From the NCBI GenBank assembly GCA_028282585.1, contig JANQHR010000046.1, forward strand, positions 1-64,000: a stretch of DNA of 64,000 nt, given 5' to 3'. The notes under the pieces are model-generated. The model was given only the letters and a program-made list of their open reading frames with translations. It had not been told where the DNA came from and searched no databases. The translations under genes were made by a program, and so were the position numbers. This document shows, one piece after another, positions 32,167 to 41,995 of the stretch. The stretch comes from Bacteroidales bacterium. GTDB lineage: Bacteria > Bacteroidota > Bacteroidia > Bacteroidales > UBA12077. Position 1 is the stretch's first letter; each line of letters begins with the position of its first letter.

Positions 32167-32529
32167 CTATTTATCGCTCTGAGACATCATCTCTTTATAA
32201 TAGTCATCGCTAACCGGTTCCAGATAACCTTTACCCTCGCAAGTTGACAAATCTATTTCTGCCACACATTTTACCTTATCATAGTTTAAAGTTAAACCTC
32301 CTACTAAATAGACTTTCCCCTTTGCATTTTCAAAATCTGCCTCTTCAAATTTACAATATCTTCGATCTAATTGAATTCCTAGTTCAGTTCCCGTTTCTTT
32401 AAACATAACATGAACATAATCTCTGTCAATACATTCTTTCAATGCAGATGCTTTTTTTTCAGGGCGAACACATTCAATTAAATGTTCTTTTGTTAATCTT
32501 TCTACTAATTCGTTTAATTGTTTTTCCAT
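32167..32529 (-). CDS. NRPS-cluster-associated small protein (resembles the extension domain of 'MbtH-domain proteins')
   Basis: RPEK.A.ALKECIDRDYVHV.F.ETGTELG and LTLNYDKVKCVAEIDL motifs (from recall); lacks the MbtH SxWP...PxGW core. Confidence 0.5.
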   Translation of the reverse strand: MEKQLNELVERLTKEHLIECVRPEKKASALKECIDRDYVHVMFKETGTELGIQLDRRYCKFEEADFENAKGKVYLVGGLTLNYDKVKCVAEIDLSTCEGKGYLEPVSDDYYKEMMSQSDK

Positions 32530-32561
32530 TTTTTACAATTTTATTTTACATACTATAATTG

Positions 32562-32843
32562 TTATAATTCAAAACCTTTATTAAACTCTACTCTCCACTC
32601 TAACTCAGATAATTTCTTCTCTTCATTTAACCTGTACTGAAGCATTTTATGAGTTTCCAACTCTTTCCATATCTCATCTAATTGAGAATTGTCTGAAGGT
32701 GTTAAAAAGAATATAGCAGCTGTAAGACGTGTTAAAATATTTTCATACGGTAATTCCCAATTTGCTATAAGACCTTTTTCTTTTAATTCGTCTAAATGTT
32801 TTTTTACTGCTTTAATTTCCGGAACATTTCCTATCTGTACCAT
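32562..32843 (-). CDS. Hypothetical protein
   Basis: 93-aa ORF with ATG and an AT-rich leader, co-oriented in the operon; WELPYENILTRL. Confidence 0.7.
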   Translation of the reverse strand: MVQIGNVPEIKAVKKHLDELKEKGLIANWELPYENILTRLTAAIFFLTPSDNSQLDEIWKELETHKMLQYRLNEEKKLSELEWRVEFNKGFEL

Positions 32844-33064
32844 AGTAATTTAATTTTTAGGATTAGTAAATATTTGATTGTTTTTGGTATTTGCTATTGA
32901 TATAAATTTTTACAATTTTCATGCTTCAACAAAATAATCCGACTTTAAAAGTTTCATATAACTCTAACGTTTAGTTAGACTATGATTTTCAACTTCTATG
33001 CCATCAGATTGAACTCTTAAGACCCGCAATGTTTTGTCATTATAACATTATTGAGATAAGACTC

Positions 33065-33874
33065 TTAAACTATTTTTCTAAGATAGTACGACATATTTCT
33101 ATTCAGATCCCAATCGCGCGGGTAACCCAAAGAGACTTCTTCGTGCCGAATGCCATTAATTGTTTTTGTTGATCGAATATGTAAGTGTCCATATACAACT
33201 ATTTCTATATTAAAATCATCTAACCATTTTTCAGTTAATGTTGTACCACACCAAATTGAAAATCGGGGAAAAGTATATATTTTTCCTATCCGTTGTAATA
33301 ATGGGTAATGATTAATAAGAATAATTGATTTATCCTTTGGTATTAATTTAAGTCTTCCATTAGTATATTTATACCTTTTATGACACCAATCGGATATAGA
33401 ATTAAAGGGATCTACTTTTAATAAAGCCTCATCAGCACATATTATACCTGATTCTGCTGCCCATTCTTTTTCCTTTCCTCTTTTTACATGGCTAGGTTTA
33501 AAACTATGATCGTACAATACTAAAGTTGGTACAAGACAATAATCTTTCAAATCATTTTTATATATTATGTATTCATCTTCGGGTGTTGTAATGCCATTTT
33601 CCTGACATATTGACACCAAAGAATTGTATTTTTCAACTCCTTTAAGCCTATCTTCTTTAAGAGGAAACGTCCATAAATCATGATTTCCAGGAGTCCATAT
33701 AATTTTATCAAATTTTTTTTTTAATATTGAAATTGCAAATTTTAAATACTCTTCTGTTTCACCAATATCACCAGCTAAAATTAGCCAATCACCTGGGTAT
33801 TCAGGTAATTTCTCAAGAGCATTTCTGTTTATTGAATTTGCTAAATGCAAGTCACTTATAGCATAAATACTCAT
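33065..33874 (-). CDS. Calcineurin-like metallophosphoesterase, PptH (phosphopantetheinyl hydrolase)-like
   Basis: ISDLH, AGD, PGNHDLW, LYDHSF, WCGT, YGHLHI, EVSLGYPRDW. Confidence 0.75.
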   Translation of the reverse strand: MSIYAISDLHLANSINRNALEKLPEYPGDWLILAGDIGETEEYLKFAISILKKKFDKIIWTPGNHDLWTFPLKEDRLKGVEKYNSLVSICQENGITTPEDEYIIYKNDLKDYCLVPTLVLYDHSFKPSHVKRGKEKEWAAESGIICADEALLKVDPFNSISDWCHKRYKYTNGRLKLIPKDKSIILINHYPLLQRIGKIYTFPRFSIWCGTTLTEKWLDDFNIEIVVYGHLHIRSTKTINGIRHEEVSLGYPRDWDLNRNMSYYLRKIV

Positions 33875-33885
33875 TAATTTTTAAT

Positions 33886-34578
33886 TTAATAGATATTCTT
33901 AAGAATTTTACAATGTACTTTTTGATTTCGTTTTATTATCTGGAAACAAGGTTTTGCTACTGACTTTACCGATTTATCAGGGAAATAAACTATTCCTCCT
34001 CCAAAGGGGATACCAAATCCTTCAATATCAGAATTTTCTATATAAAACTGATTTTTAAACCTTTCCCAATTATCTTCTTCATGAACAGAAATTATATAAG
34101 GAACTACACCTAACGTATTAGAAAAGCTAACCTTTTCCGTTTCGTTATAATACAACTTTAAACCCAGTTGAATTGCTCCTGCAGAAATTCCTATTATAAC
34201 TGCACCTTCCTTATATCTATTAATAATTATCTTGTCCCAATGATTTTTATGAATTGTATCCCAACCTTTTTTTGTATCGCCTCCTGATAGTAAAATAATA
34301 TCCGCTTTTTCCATGAATTCTTTCTCATCATCAGATGAGCCTGAACAAATCATACAATAATGATTTATATCAATTTGCTTCATAGCAGCTTTAAAAATGT
34401 CATAAAATATAGGATTATTATCATTAGAGGCTCCAATATATGCAGCTTTTATATCATTTACCCTCTTAGGCTCATTTAATATTAATTTCTTAATTTTCTC
34501 CAAAAAGAGATTCTGATCTAATTTATAAAACAGTAATTGACTATCAGCAAATAAAAATATGGGTTTAATGTCACTCAT
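33886..34578 (-). CDS. Peptidase S51 / class I glutamine-amidotransferase-like serine hydrolase
   Basis: AYIGAS, LLSGGD, GISAGA nucleophile elbow. Confidence 0.8.
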   Translation of the reverse strand: MSDIKPIFLFADSQLLFYKLDQNLFLEKIKKLILNEPKRVNDIKAAYIGASNDNNPIFYDIFKAAMKQIDINHYCMICSGSSDDEKEFMEKADIILLSGGDTKKGWDTIHKNHWDKIIINRYKEGAVIIGISAGAIQLGLKLYYNETEKVSFSNTLGVVPYIISVHEEDNWERFKNQFYIENSDIEGFGIPFGGGIVYFPDKSVKSVAKPCFQIIKRNQKVHCKILKNIY

Positions 34579-34609
34579 TTTTATCCTTATTTTTGCTTAA
34601 GGCAACGAT

Positions 34610-37600
34610 TTAGTTTAATTCAACTTGTACTTTGTCAGAGATTTCATGGCCGTATTCATCCACAATCTTTCCACCATCCATTTTAATAATTCTATCTGCT
34701 ACATTAAAGTAATTATCGTCATGAGTTATTGCTATCACAATCTTTCCATTAGCCTTCATTTCTGGGAGAATCTCATTATAGAAAATTCTCTTATATTCCG
34801 GATCTTGGTCAGCTGCCCATTCATCAAATAAATAAATTTGAGAATCTTCTAAAAAGGTTTTCATTAATGATAATCGCTTTCGTTGTCCATTAGACAATTC
34901 AATTGTTGTAAATGAATCATTATCAACACTAACCTTTTCATCCAACCTTAAAGTTTTTAGGAGATATTCTATTTCCTTCTTTTTTGAGGATACATCTATA
35001 CCATATAATTTTTTAAAAATATGATTATTGCTAAAGATTGTTGAGTAATAATTACCTAAGTCATTACTCTTGGTCTTGACACCGTTAATTTCGATAGATC
35101 CTTGATCAAAAGTATATAGTCCAGTTAAAAGATTTGCTAATGTTGTTTTACCACTTCCGTTACCACCTATTATAAATAATATTTCTCCCTTTTCAATATT
35201 TAAATTGATCGGTCCAATTTTAAAATTTCTATCTTCGCTATTATTCTGATATTCAAAAACTAAGTCTTTAACTAATAATTTATCAACATTTACTTTTTGC
35301 TTTCTAAGTGTAAATATTTCTTTTATATTCAAATCTGGTTTTATTTCATTAATAAATCCTTTAATCCTATTCCACGAAATTTTAATTTGAACTATGTTTG
35401 GAATTGAATTAAGAACTCCATTAATTGGTCCAATTAAATATAAAACAATCATTATAAAAGTAAGTAGTTTATAATTAGGTATCTTTGGAAAAATAAAAGG
35501 GATAATAAATCCGATTGTCCCTAAAACCATTATAAGCAGAGTTTCGCCTACCAAGAATGCATTAACGAATTTAATTAATGCTAATCCGGTTTTATTCTTT
35601 AATTCCGAACAAGATACCTCAACTTCATCGGTATATTCTTTTTTCTTTAATCCCGATAAACTCAGTTCTTTAAAACCATATAAAAGACCATCAATTAAGC
35701 CTGAGAACTTATTGGCAGTATCGCGAGCCTGCTCAAAAAGAATATTAGTTTTACTACTTACAAAGAAATATATTGCAGCAACAAGCAGTATTATGCCTAA
35801 TATAAAACCTGTTGCTACTAATGATATCGAACCCAAATAAATAAAAACACCAACGATTGTAATCAAATTGGAGATCAAACCAATCAATATATTAACAGAA
35901 TTTGATATTGTTGCAGTGTCTTGATTTAAAGTTGCATACACTCTTCCATTATCAATCTTTTCAAATTTCTGAAATGTCGATAAGAAGACTTTGCGTATCA
36001 GTGTCATTCTTAGATCATAAACAATCAACTGTGAAATCTTAATAAGTTTTGTTTGAACAATTTTTCTACTTGCAATATAAAATATCAGTGCTAATCCAAA
36101 ATAATATAATATATATATTGTTTTAGTCTCATTACCAATTGCGTTAATTAACAATAAAATAATAATCATATTAGCTAATCCTGACATAATACCAAGAATA
36201 CTAATCATAGGTAATGATCTGTAATATTGGTTTTTAGTTGGTATCATAATAGAAATAACATTTAATCCCCAAATACCAAATACAGCCATTAAAAATAGTA
36301 GACATGCCCAGTAATAACTGTTAGGAGCCCATACTAATGTAGTTTCCCATGTTAATCCCATTAGAGCTTCTGGTAATAAGTAAATTCCATATATAAATGG
36401 TAAAGTAAGAATAGCACTTCCAAGAATTCTTAGAATTGAACTAAAACTAAAAGCAGCAAATTTTCTTTGTTTTCGAAACACTCCTTTTAACATCCATATT
36501 AGAAGTGATATAATCCCAATAACAAAAACGGCTACAATAAAGGTAATTAATGAAAAGACCTTATCAATAGAATAATCAGGTTCTGATATTTCTTTTATAT
36601 CTTCATTATTAAGCTGACTTAATAAAATGTCACCTAAATATGCCGTATAAGAACTATTCGAATTAGCCAAAATTGCGATACCAATACTCTTACTGGGGAT
36701 TAAACCAATATATGATGAAAAGTTTGGATTTAAACCACTATGAAATACCTTCTTGTCACCATAAGGTTCCACCTCCCATCCATAACCATAAGAAATTAAT
36801 CCTCTTGGATTTACAGTAAAATCGGGTTGATGAGATTTTTCAATAAGGTTTTCAAAATTACAAGAGTCTAATGCAAGTTGAAGCCTTAACCATTTTGCGA
36901 TATCTTCGGCATTAGAAATAACATAGCCTGCCGGATTATTACCTTTAAATCGTGGAGCATTAAATTTCCTAGGATTAAAGAAACTAATCTTAAACCCATC
37001 GGAAAGACTATCATTAATTGGTTTACCGACAGAGGTATATTTTAAACCTAACTGCATGAATAAACTATCTTTGACATATTTTTCAAATGAAAGTTTCGTA
37101 AGTTTTTCAATAATCAAGCCTAAAATATCATAATTTATATTTGAGTATTCATACTTAATTCCAGGTATATTATTAAGTTCTATGTTATTAATAATACGAA
37201 TAGTACTATCTAATAAATTATCTTTATCGCCTTGTGGTATATGTGTCATCGCTTCCCAAGGAATTCCTGATGTATGGCGTAACAGTTGATTAATTGTAAT
37301 ATCAGTTTTATTTTCTTCATAATATGCATTAAACCAAGGTAAATACTTGGAAATATTATCATTCAAATTTAAAAGATTTTGTTTCTCTAGATTCAGAATT
37401 GCTAGCGCAGTAAATGCTTTAGATGTTGATCCCAGTTCAAACAATGTTTTTGATGTAACTTTAGACTCTGATTTTAAGTCAGTATACCCCCAGTTTTTAA
37501 TTGCAATTTCATTCCCGGTCACAAGTATCAAGCTTAAACCTGGGATATCCGCTTTATTATATATTTTATTGCAGATACTATCTATATTTTCGGGAATTTT

Positions 37601-37684
37601 TTCATTATATCCTTGAACCTTACTTCCGTAAATTTGATTGACAAATAAGATAATCAGCAAGCTCTTTATTATTAAAGTTTTCAT
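34610..37684 (-). CDS. Beta-lactamase-fold peptidase fused to a cyclic-peptide ABC exporter (ZmaM/ClbP-type)
   Basis: Signal peptide; SxxK (STSK), YSN, HSGLNPNFSS; TM domain; GGNGSGKTT, LSNGQRKRL, FDEWAADQDP (SyrD/PvdE-type). Confidence 0.9.
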   Translation of the reverse strand: MKTLIIKSLLIILFVNQIYGSKVQGYNEKIPENIDSICNKIYNKADIPGLSLILVTGNEIAIKNWGYTDLKSESKVTSKTLFELGSTSKAFTALAILNLEKQNLLNLNDNISKYLPWFNAYYEENKTDITINQLLRHTSGIPWEAMTHIPQGDKDNLLDSTIRIINNIELNNIPGIKYEYSNINYDILGLIIEKLTKLSFEKYVKDSLFMQLGLKYTSVGKPINDSLSDGFKISFFNPRKFNAPRFKGNNPAGYVISNAEDIAKWLRLQLALDSCNFENLIEKSHQPDFTVNPRGLISYGYGWEVEPYGDKKVFHSGLNPNFSSYIGLIPSKSIGIAILANSNSSYTAYLGDILLSQLNNEDIKEISEPDYSIDKVFSLITFIVAVFVIGIISLLIWMLKGVFRKQRKFAAFSFSSILRILGSAILTLPFIYGIYLLPEALMGLTWETTLVWAPNSYYWACLLFLMAVFGIWGLNVISIMIPTKNQYYRSLPMISILGIMSGLANMIIILLLINAIGNETKTIYILYYFGLALIFYIASRKIVQTKLIKISQLIVYDLRMTLIRKVFLSTFQKFEKIDNGRVYATLNQDTATISNSVNILIGLISNLITIVGVFIYLGSISLVATGFILGIILLVAAIYFFVSSKTNILFEQARDTANKFSGLIDGLLYGFKELSLSGLKKKEYTDEVEVSCSELKNKTGLALIKFVNAFLVGETLLIMVLGTIGFIIPFIFPKIPNYKLLTFIMIVLYLIGPINGVLNSIPNIVQIKISWNRIKGFINEIKPDLNIKEIFTLRKQKVNVDKLLVKDLVFEYQNNSEDRNFKIGPINLNIEKGEILFIIGGNGSGKTTLANLLTGLYTFDQGSIEINGVKTKSNDLGNYYSTIFSNNHIFKKLYGIDVSSKKKEIEYLLKTLRLDEKVSVDNDSFTTIELSNGQRKRLSLMKTFLEDSQIYLFDEWAADQDPEYKRIFYNEILPEMKANGKIVIAITHDDNYFNVADRIIKMDGGKIVDEYGHEISDKVQVELN

Positions 37685-37749
37685 AATAATCCCAATTTTC
37701 GGTTAAATTTATTTTTAATATAATTTTTAGTCTCCTAAGAATATTATGT

Positions 37750-40122
37750 TTATTCATATCTCAATGAATGCACAGGGTTCTTACTAGCTGTAACATAAAC
37801 TTTGCCGCTTACAGTAATTCCAGCCAGAATAAAAATAAAAAATACAGGTAAAATAAAAGTTAATAAATTAATTTGTGTATAATAGGTAAATATACTTTCA
37901 ATTATTGAAATGCCTAGTAAATAACCTAAAATACATCCTGCAATAGCTGAAATAAGAAGGATTCGGATAAAATTCTTATTTATAACTAAAATATTATTTA
38001 TTACTGTTGCTCCAAGTACAGTTCTTATACCTAGTTCTTTTGTTCTGCGCACACAAGCTAAAGACACCTGTGCATATAATCCAATAAGTGAAAGAATTAA
38101 TGCAATAAAAGCAAAAAACATGAACATTTTTACCAAACCATTATTGAGTCTTTTTTGATTTAATGCAATATCTTCCTGATAAGAAGAAGTATAAAATATA
38201 TCTGGTTCAATAGAAGACCATTTTTCTTTTAAATAATGGTTAATAGTAACATCAACAGACCTAACCACTAAGTATCTATATTGATTTTCATCAATAATTC
38301 TAAAAGCAACTGGGCTTAAAAGAGTAGCTGTTCCATTAATATAAACATCTTTAATCACTCCTATAATGTTCATCTGAATGGAGTCATTCATGTAAACTCT
38401 ATTATTAATAACATCAGTTAGTCCAAAGTCTCTAACAAACTTTTCATTTACAATAATTGCATTTTCCTTTATATCAGAATTTCTATTAGATTCAGTAAAT
38501 GTTCTTCCTTTTAACAACTGAATTCCCATAGTTTCGAGATAATTTTCTCCAATTTCGTATACATCAACCTCATTTTTTTGATTTAAGTAAGTAATAACAA
38601 AAGATGGGGCATTGTATCCAAGGTGTTGTTTGCTTCCAGAAAAGCTTATGACATCATTATTATTGACAATTTCATTCTTTAATAAACTAAAGTTATTTGA
38701 GTTATTAAGGTTAACGACTACCAAGTCTTTATCATTATAACCTAAATCAAATTTATCTTGAAAGTATGCGTTTTGAAGAAATATACTACCAATAATGATA
38801 CTAATTATTGATAATATAAACTGGACCGTTAAAAGTATATTCGAAACTGCCTTTTTCGTACTAAGTTTGTATCTACTATCGAATATATTAACAGGGCTGT
38901 ACTTACTAACATGCAGTACAGGGTAAATACCAGCAATTATTGAAGTAAATAATATTAACAAAAACAAGAAAATCCATAAAGGAGCATTATCATTAAATGT
39001 TAATGTAAAATTAATTGCACCTTCAGTGATAATTGATTCGTAAAGTGGTAGTAGATAGTGTGTAAAAATTAAACCTAATAGCAAAGACAAAGCGCAAATT
39101 ATAAAATTCTCTAAAAAGAAATGAAAAATAATCTCTTTTCTCTGGCCTCCGAAAATCTTCCTAATACCGATCTCTCTAATTCTCTTCCCTAGTATTGATA
39201 TAGAGGTATTTACGAAATTAAAACAAGCAATCAAAAGAATAAAAATACTCATTGTTATAGATACTACTATAGCCGCTGGCGAAAAACTAACTTTTAAATA
39301 GTTACTTTGTATATACCTACCAGTTCTTGCAATATTTTTAAAAGGCTCAGTATAAAATCCTGATATTTTCCAGTCCTTATAACCTTCATTTTGCTCATTT
39401 ATGTAGTTATTTAAATGTTTTTCAATATAGGTAAGCCTTTCGGGATTTTTCACTTGTAAAAAAGTAGCAGCAGTAAAATAGTTCCAACTGGTTATATCAA
39501 TATCCCAAATATCAAAATAATCTTCAATACTAATTAATGCTTCAAAATTAAAACTAGAATTTAGAGGAATGTTTTCTAATATACCTCTAACAGTAAGAGG
39601 ATACTTTTTATCATTTTCGATTAATATTATGACTTCACCAATTGGATTTTTATTTCCAAATGTTAGGTTTGCCATTTTTTCTGAGATTAGTATCCCTCCT
39701 TTTTCATATAGCGCATTTTTGTCTCCATCTCTTAAATGAAAATCAAATACATCAAGAAAATTCTCATCAACATAGCCAATAGGTTGTGAAAACAGTTCAT
39801 TTTGCACTTTAAATAAGGATAAATTACTTTGAAATCTGATAACATTATCAACACCGGCAATATTATTTTTTATTTTATGTGCGAGGGTTAATGGTGTAAT
39901 TGAATGTTCTTGCTGGTATCCCTGAGCATTATGAGTTACATTAATTTTATAAATTTCATCCGATTTGCTGTGACTTGTATCCCAATCCCAGTGGAATTTA
40001 CAACTAACATAAGCAGTTATCGCAATTGCCATAGCAATTGCTAAACCAATTATATTAATTAAAATAAAAAAGGAATTTCGGAAAATATTCCTTGTAGCTA
40101 ATTTAAAATAACTTTTAATCAT
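37750..40122 (-). CDS. MacB/FtsX-type ABC permease (duplicated)
   Basis: INIIGLAI, IACFNFVN, REIGIRK, KELGIRTVLGA, NPVHSLRYE. Confidence 0.9.
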   Translation of the reverse strand: MIKSYFKLATRNIFRNSFFILINIIGLAIAMAIAITAYVSCKFHWDWDTSHSKSDEIYKINVTHNAQGYQQEHSITPLTLAHKIKNNIAGVDNVIRFQSNLSLFKVQNELFSQPIGYVDENFLDVFDFHLRDGDKNALYEKGGILISEKMANLTFGNKNPIGEVIILIENDKKYPLTVRGILENIPLNSSFNFEALISIEDYFDIWDIDITSWNYFTAATFLQVKNPERLTYIEKHLNNYINEQNEGYKDWKISGFYTEPFKNIARTGRYIQSNYLKVSFSPAAIVVSITMSIFILLIACFNFVNTSISILGKRIREIGIRKIFGGQRKEIIFHFFLENFIICALSLLLGLIFTHYLLPLYESIITEGAINFTLTFNDNAPLWIFLFLLILFTSIIAGIYPVLHVSKYSPVNIFDSRYKLSTKKAVSNILLTVQFILSIISIIIGSIFLQNAYFQDKFDLGYNDKDLVVVNLNNSNNFSLLKNEIVNNNDVISFSGSKQHLGYNAPSFVITYLNQKNEVDVYEIGENYLETMGIQLLKGRTFTESNRNSDIKENAIIVNEKFVRDFGLTDVINNRVYMNDSIQMNIIGVIKDVYINGTATLLSPVAFRIIDENQYRYLVVRSVDVTINHYLKEKWSSIEPDIFYTSSYQEDIALNQKRLNNGLVKMFMFFAFIALILSLIGLYAQVSLACVRRTKELGIRTVLGATVINNILVINKNFIRILLISAIAGCILGYLLGISIIESIFTYYTQINLLTFILPVFFIFILAGITVSGKVYVTASKNPVHSLRYE

Positions 40123-40142
40123 ATTACTTAATATTACAGTAT

Positions 40143-41969
40143 TTAAAACAATTCAAATTCATTATCTAAAGTAAAATCCATATTACTATTCCAGTCCTCT
40201 TCTACCAAGTCCAAATAAGTAGATTCAATTTCATTATCAAAATATAATTGAGTTGTTGGTTTAGAGATTACATCTACCCTATTGATATTTTCATATTCTT
40301 TTTGCAATACCTGAAATAATCTTTCTTCTGAAAAATTATGCTTTTTAAATCCGTTCTCCAGACATAACTTAATTGTTTCATTGGAAAAGCTGATTTCTTT
40401 CTCGTTGAATGTTGCATATTCTTCAATTATTGATAAAATAGTATCAAAACTATATTCAAGCTCAAAGAAGTAACAATACATCGAATTTCTATATATTGAA
40501 AATATTGAATTAAAGAGTGTTACAATTTTTGAGATAATTAGATCGTCCTTTTCAGAAATATCTTTAGGTTTAAACAATGTCATGTCCGCAGGTTGGTCAT
40601 TTTTATCTACATAATTATTTTTTAAATTTTGTAGATAATCATTGAAACTACTTACTTTCATATCCATGTTATGCTTTTTTGGATTAAAAAAAATCAGCGA
40701 TCCTGGATCTGTTGAAAAATTTGCATATTCAATTTCAACTAATCCTTTGTAATTAATCAATAAGTGTACAATAAATTTTAATGTATCGTAAATCGTTGAC
40801 TTTTTATCACCTACACAATAATATCCAAAAAAGAGTTGCGCTTTTACATTCTCTTTAGTCTTGATATAATCCAGAAAATCTATTATTTGATCATTTGAGT
40901 AAGAAATTCTTTTATCTTTATTAAGATATCTGACACTTTCCACGCCTGATTCTGGAGATACTTCAATAACTACTTGATTACAACTATCAGATAAAGCATC
41001 TATAAGTTCTTTAGAAGGTAAACGCCAACAACCATAACCATAATTAAACTCTAATTTTTCTAACTTGATTTTTTTTAATAATTCTATATACCACCTATCA
41101 CTGCCTTCTCTTTCCATACATGTATAGAATGTATTAAAACCAAGATTACATGCTTCTTTAATTGTTTTGATAACAGAATCTTGTGAACGAAATACAGTAG
41201 TAGTCCTATTATTCATTTTCTTTTGCGCAACTGAGTTTCCACCGCAAAATTTACATGCATACTGACAACCTCGACCAACTTCTAATAAAAACATAGGTTC
41301 TTGACTAATCGGCTGAAAATGTGAATAAAAAGTTGATGCGCTTCTATAGTATTCCCAGTTCCTTAATAATTCCACTTCAGTGAAATTTAAACAATTAAGA
41401 TTCTCCTCTTTTCCAACATATGTGATTTCACGATGAATTATTCTTCCCTCATTATTTTTCCAAGTAATGTTTTGTACTTTTTTAAGCTTCTTATCCAATA
41501 AAATTTTATCAAAATTACTTTTTAACTTTACTTCAGTAATTGCGTGTATAAGTTCTTTTATAGGTATTTCTCCATCACCTTTAATAACTGCATCAATAAA
41601 ATTAAATTCGTCAACAATTTCTTCAGCAAAAAGACTTGCCGAGAATCCACCTAAAAAACAAAAAAGATCTGGTTTTATTGATTTTAAATATTCTATAGTT
41701 TCAATTACTACAAGGCTTTCATTAATCCAATGACAATCAAACCCAACTGCATCCAGTGATTCAAAATTAAATATCTCTTCAATATTTTTACTAAATTCTA
41801 AATCGGTATGAATAATTTCTACTTCTACGCCATTATCCTTAAGGACAGATGCGAGTGGAAAGAGCCCCATAGGCATAAAGAATATATTTTTTTGATCCTG
41901 GTCATTTGAGTTTATTAAGCTTCTGTTCCCACAATGCACTAAATTAACACATAACTTATTATTGTTCAT
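40143..41969 (-). CDS. Cobalamin-binding-domain radical SAM enzyme
   Basis: PMGL...LGGFSAS...GDGE N-terminal domain; GRGCQYACKFCGG. Confidence 0.85.
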   Translation of the reverse strand: MNNNKLCVNLVHCGNRSLINSNDQDQKNIFFMPMGLFPLASVLKDNGVEVEIIHTDLEFSKNIEEIFNFESLDAVGFDCHWINESLVVIETIEYLKSIKPDLFCFLGGFSASLFAEEIVDEFNFIDAVIKGDGEIPIKELIHAITEVKLKSNFDKILLDKKLKKVQNITWKNNEGRIIHREITYVGKEENLNCLNFTEVELLRNWEYYRSASTFYSHFQPISQEPMFLLEVGRGCQYACKFCGGNSVAQKKMNNRTTTVFRSQDSVIKTIKEACNLGFNTFYTCMEREGSDRWYIELLKKIKLEKLEFNYGYGCWRLPSKELIDALSDSCNQVVIEVSPESGVESVRYLNKDKRISYSNDQIIDFLDYIKTKENVKAQLFFGYYCVGDKKSTIYDTLKFIVHLLINYKGLVEIEYANFSTDPGSLIFFNPKKHNMDMKVSSFNDYLQNLKNNYVDKNDQPADMTLFKPKDISEKDDLIISKIVTLFNSIFSIYRNSMYCYFFELEYSFDTILSIIEEYATFNEKEISFSNETIKLCLENGFKKHNFSEERLFQVLQKEYENINRVDVISKPTTQLYFDNEIESTYLDLVEEDWNSNMDFTLDNEFELF

Positions 41970-41995
41970 GTTATTATATTATTATGATTAACGGA

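Noticed and set aside
31692-32843. Small ORFs as RiPP precursors for the radical SAM enzymes
   Set aside because: They look globular, lack leader/core or repeated-core structure, and no RRE or SPASM domain is evident in the rSAMs
32844-33064. Possible unannotated MbtH gene in the intergenic gap
   Set aside because: No MbtH-like SxWP/PxGW-coding frame seen
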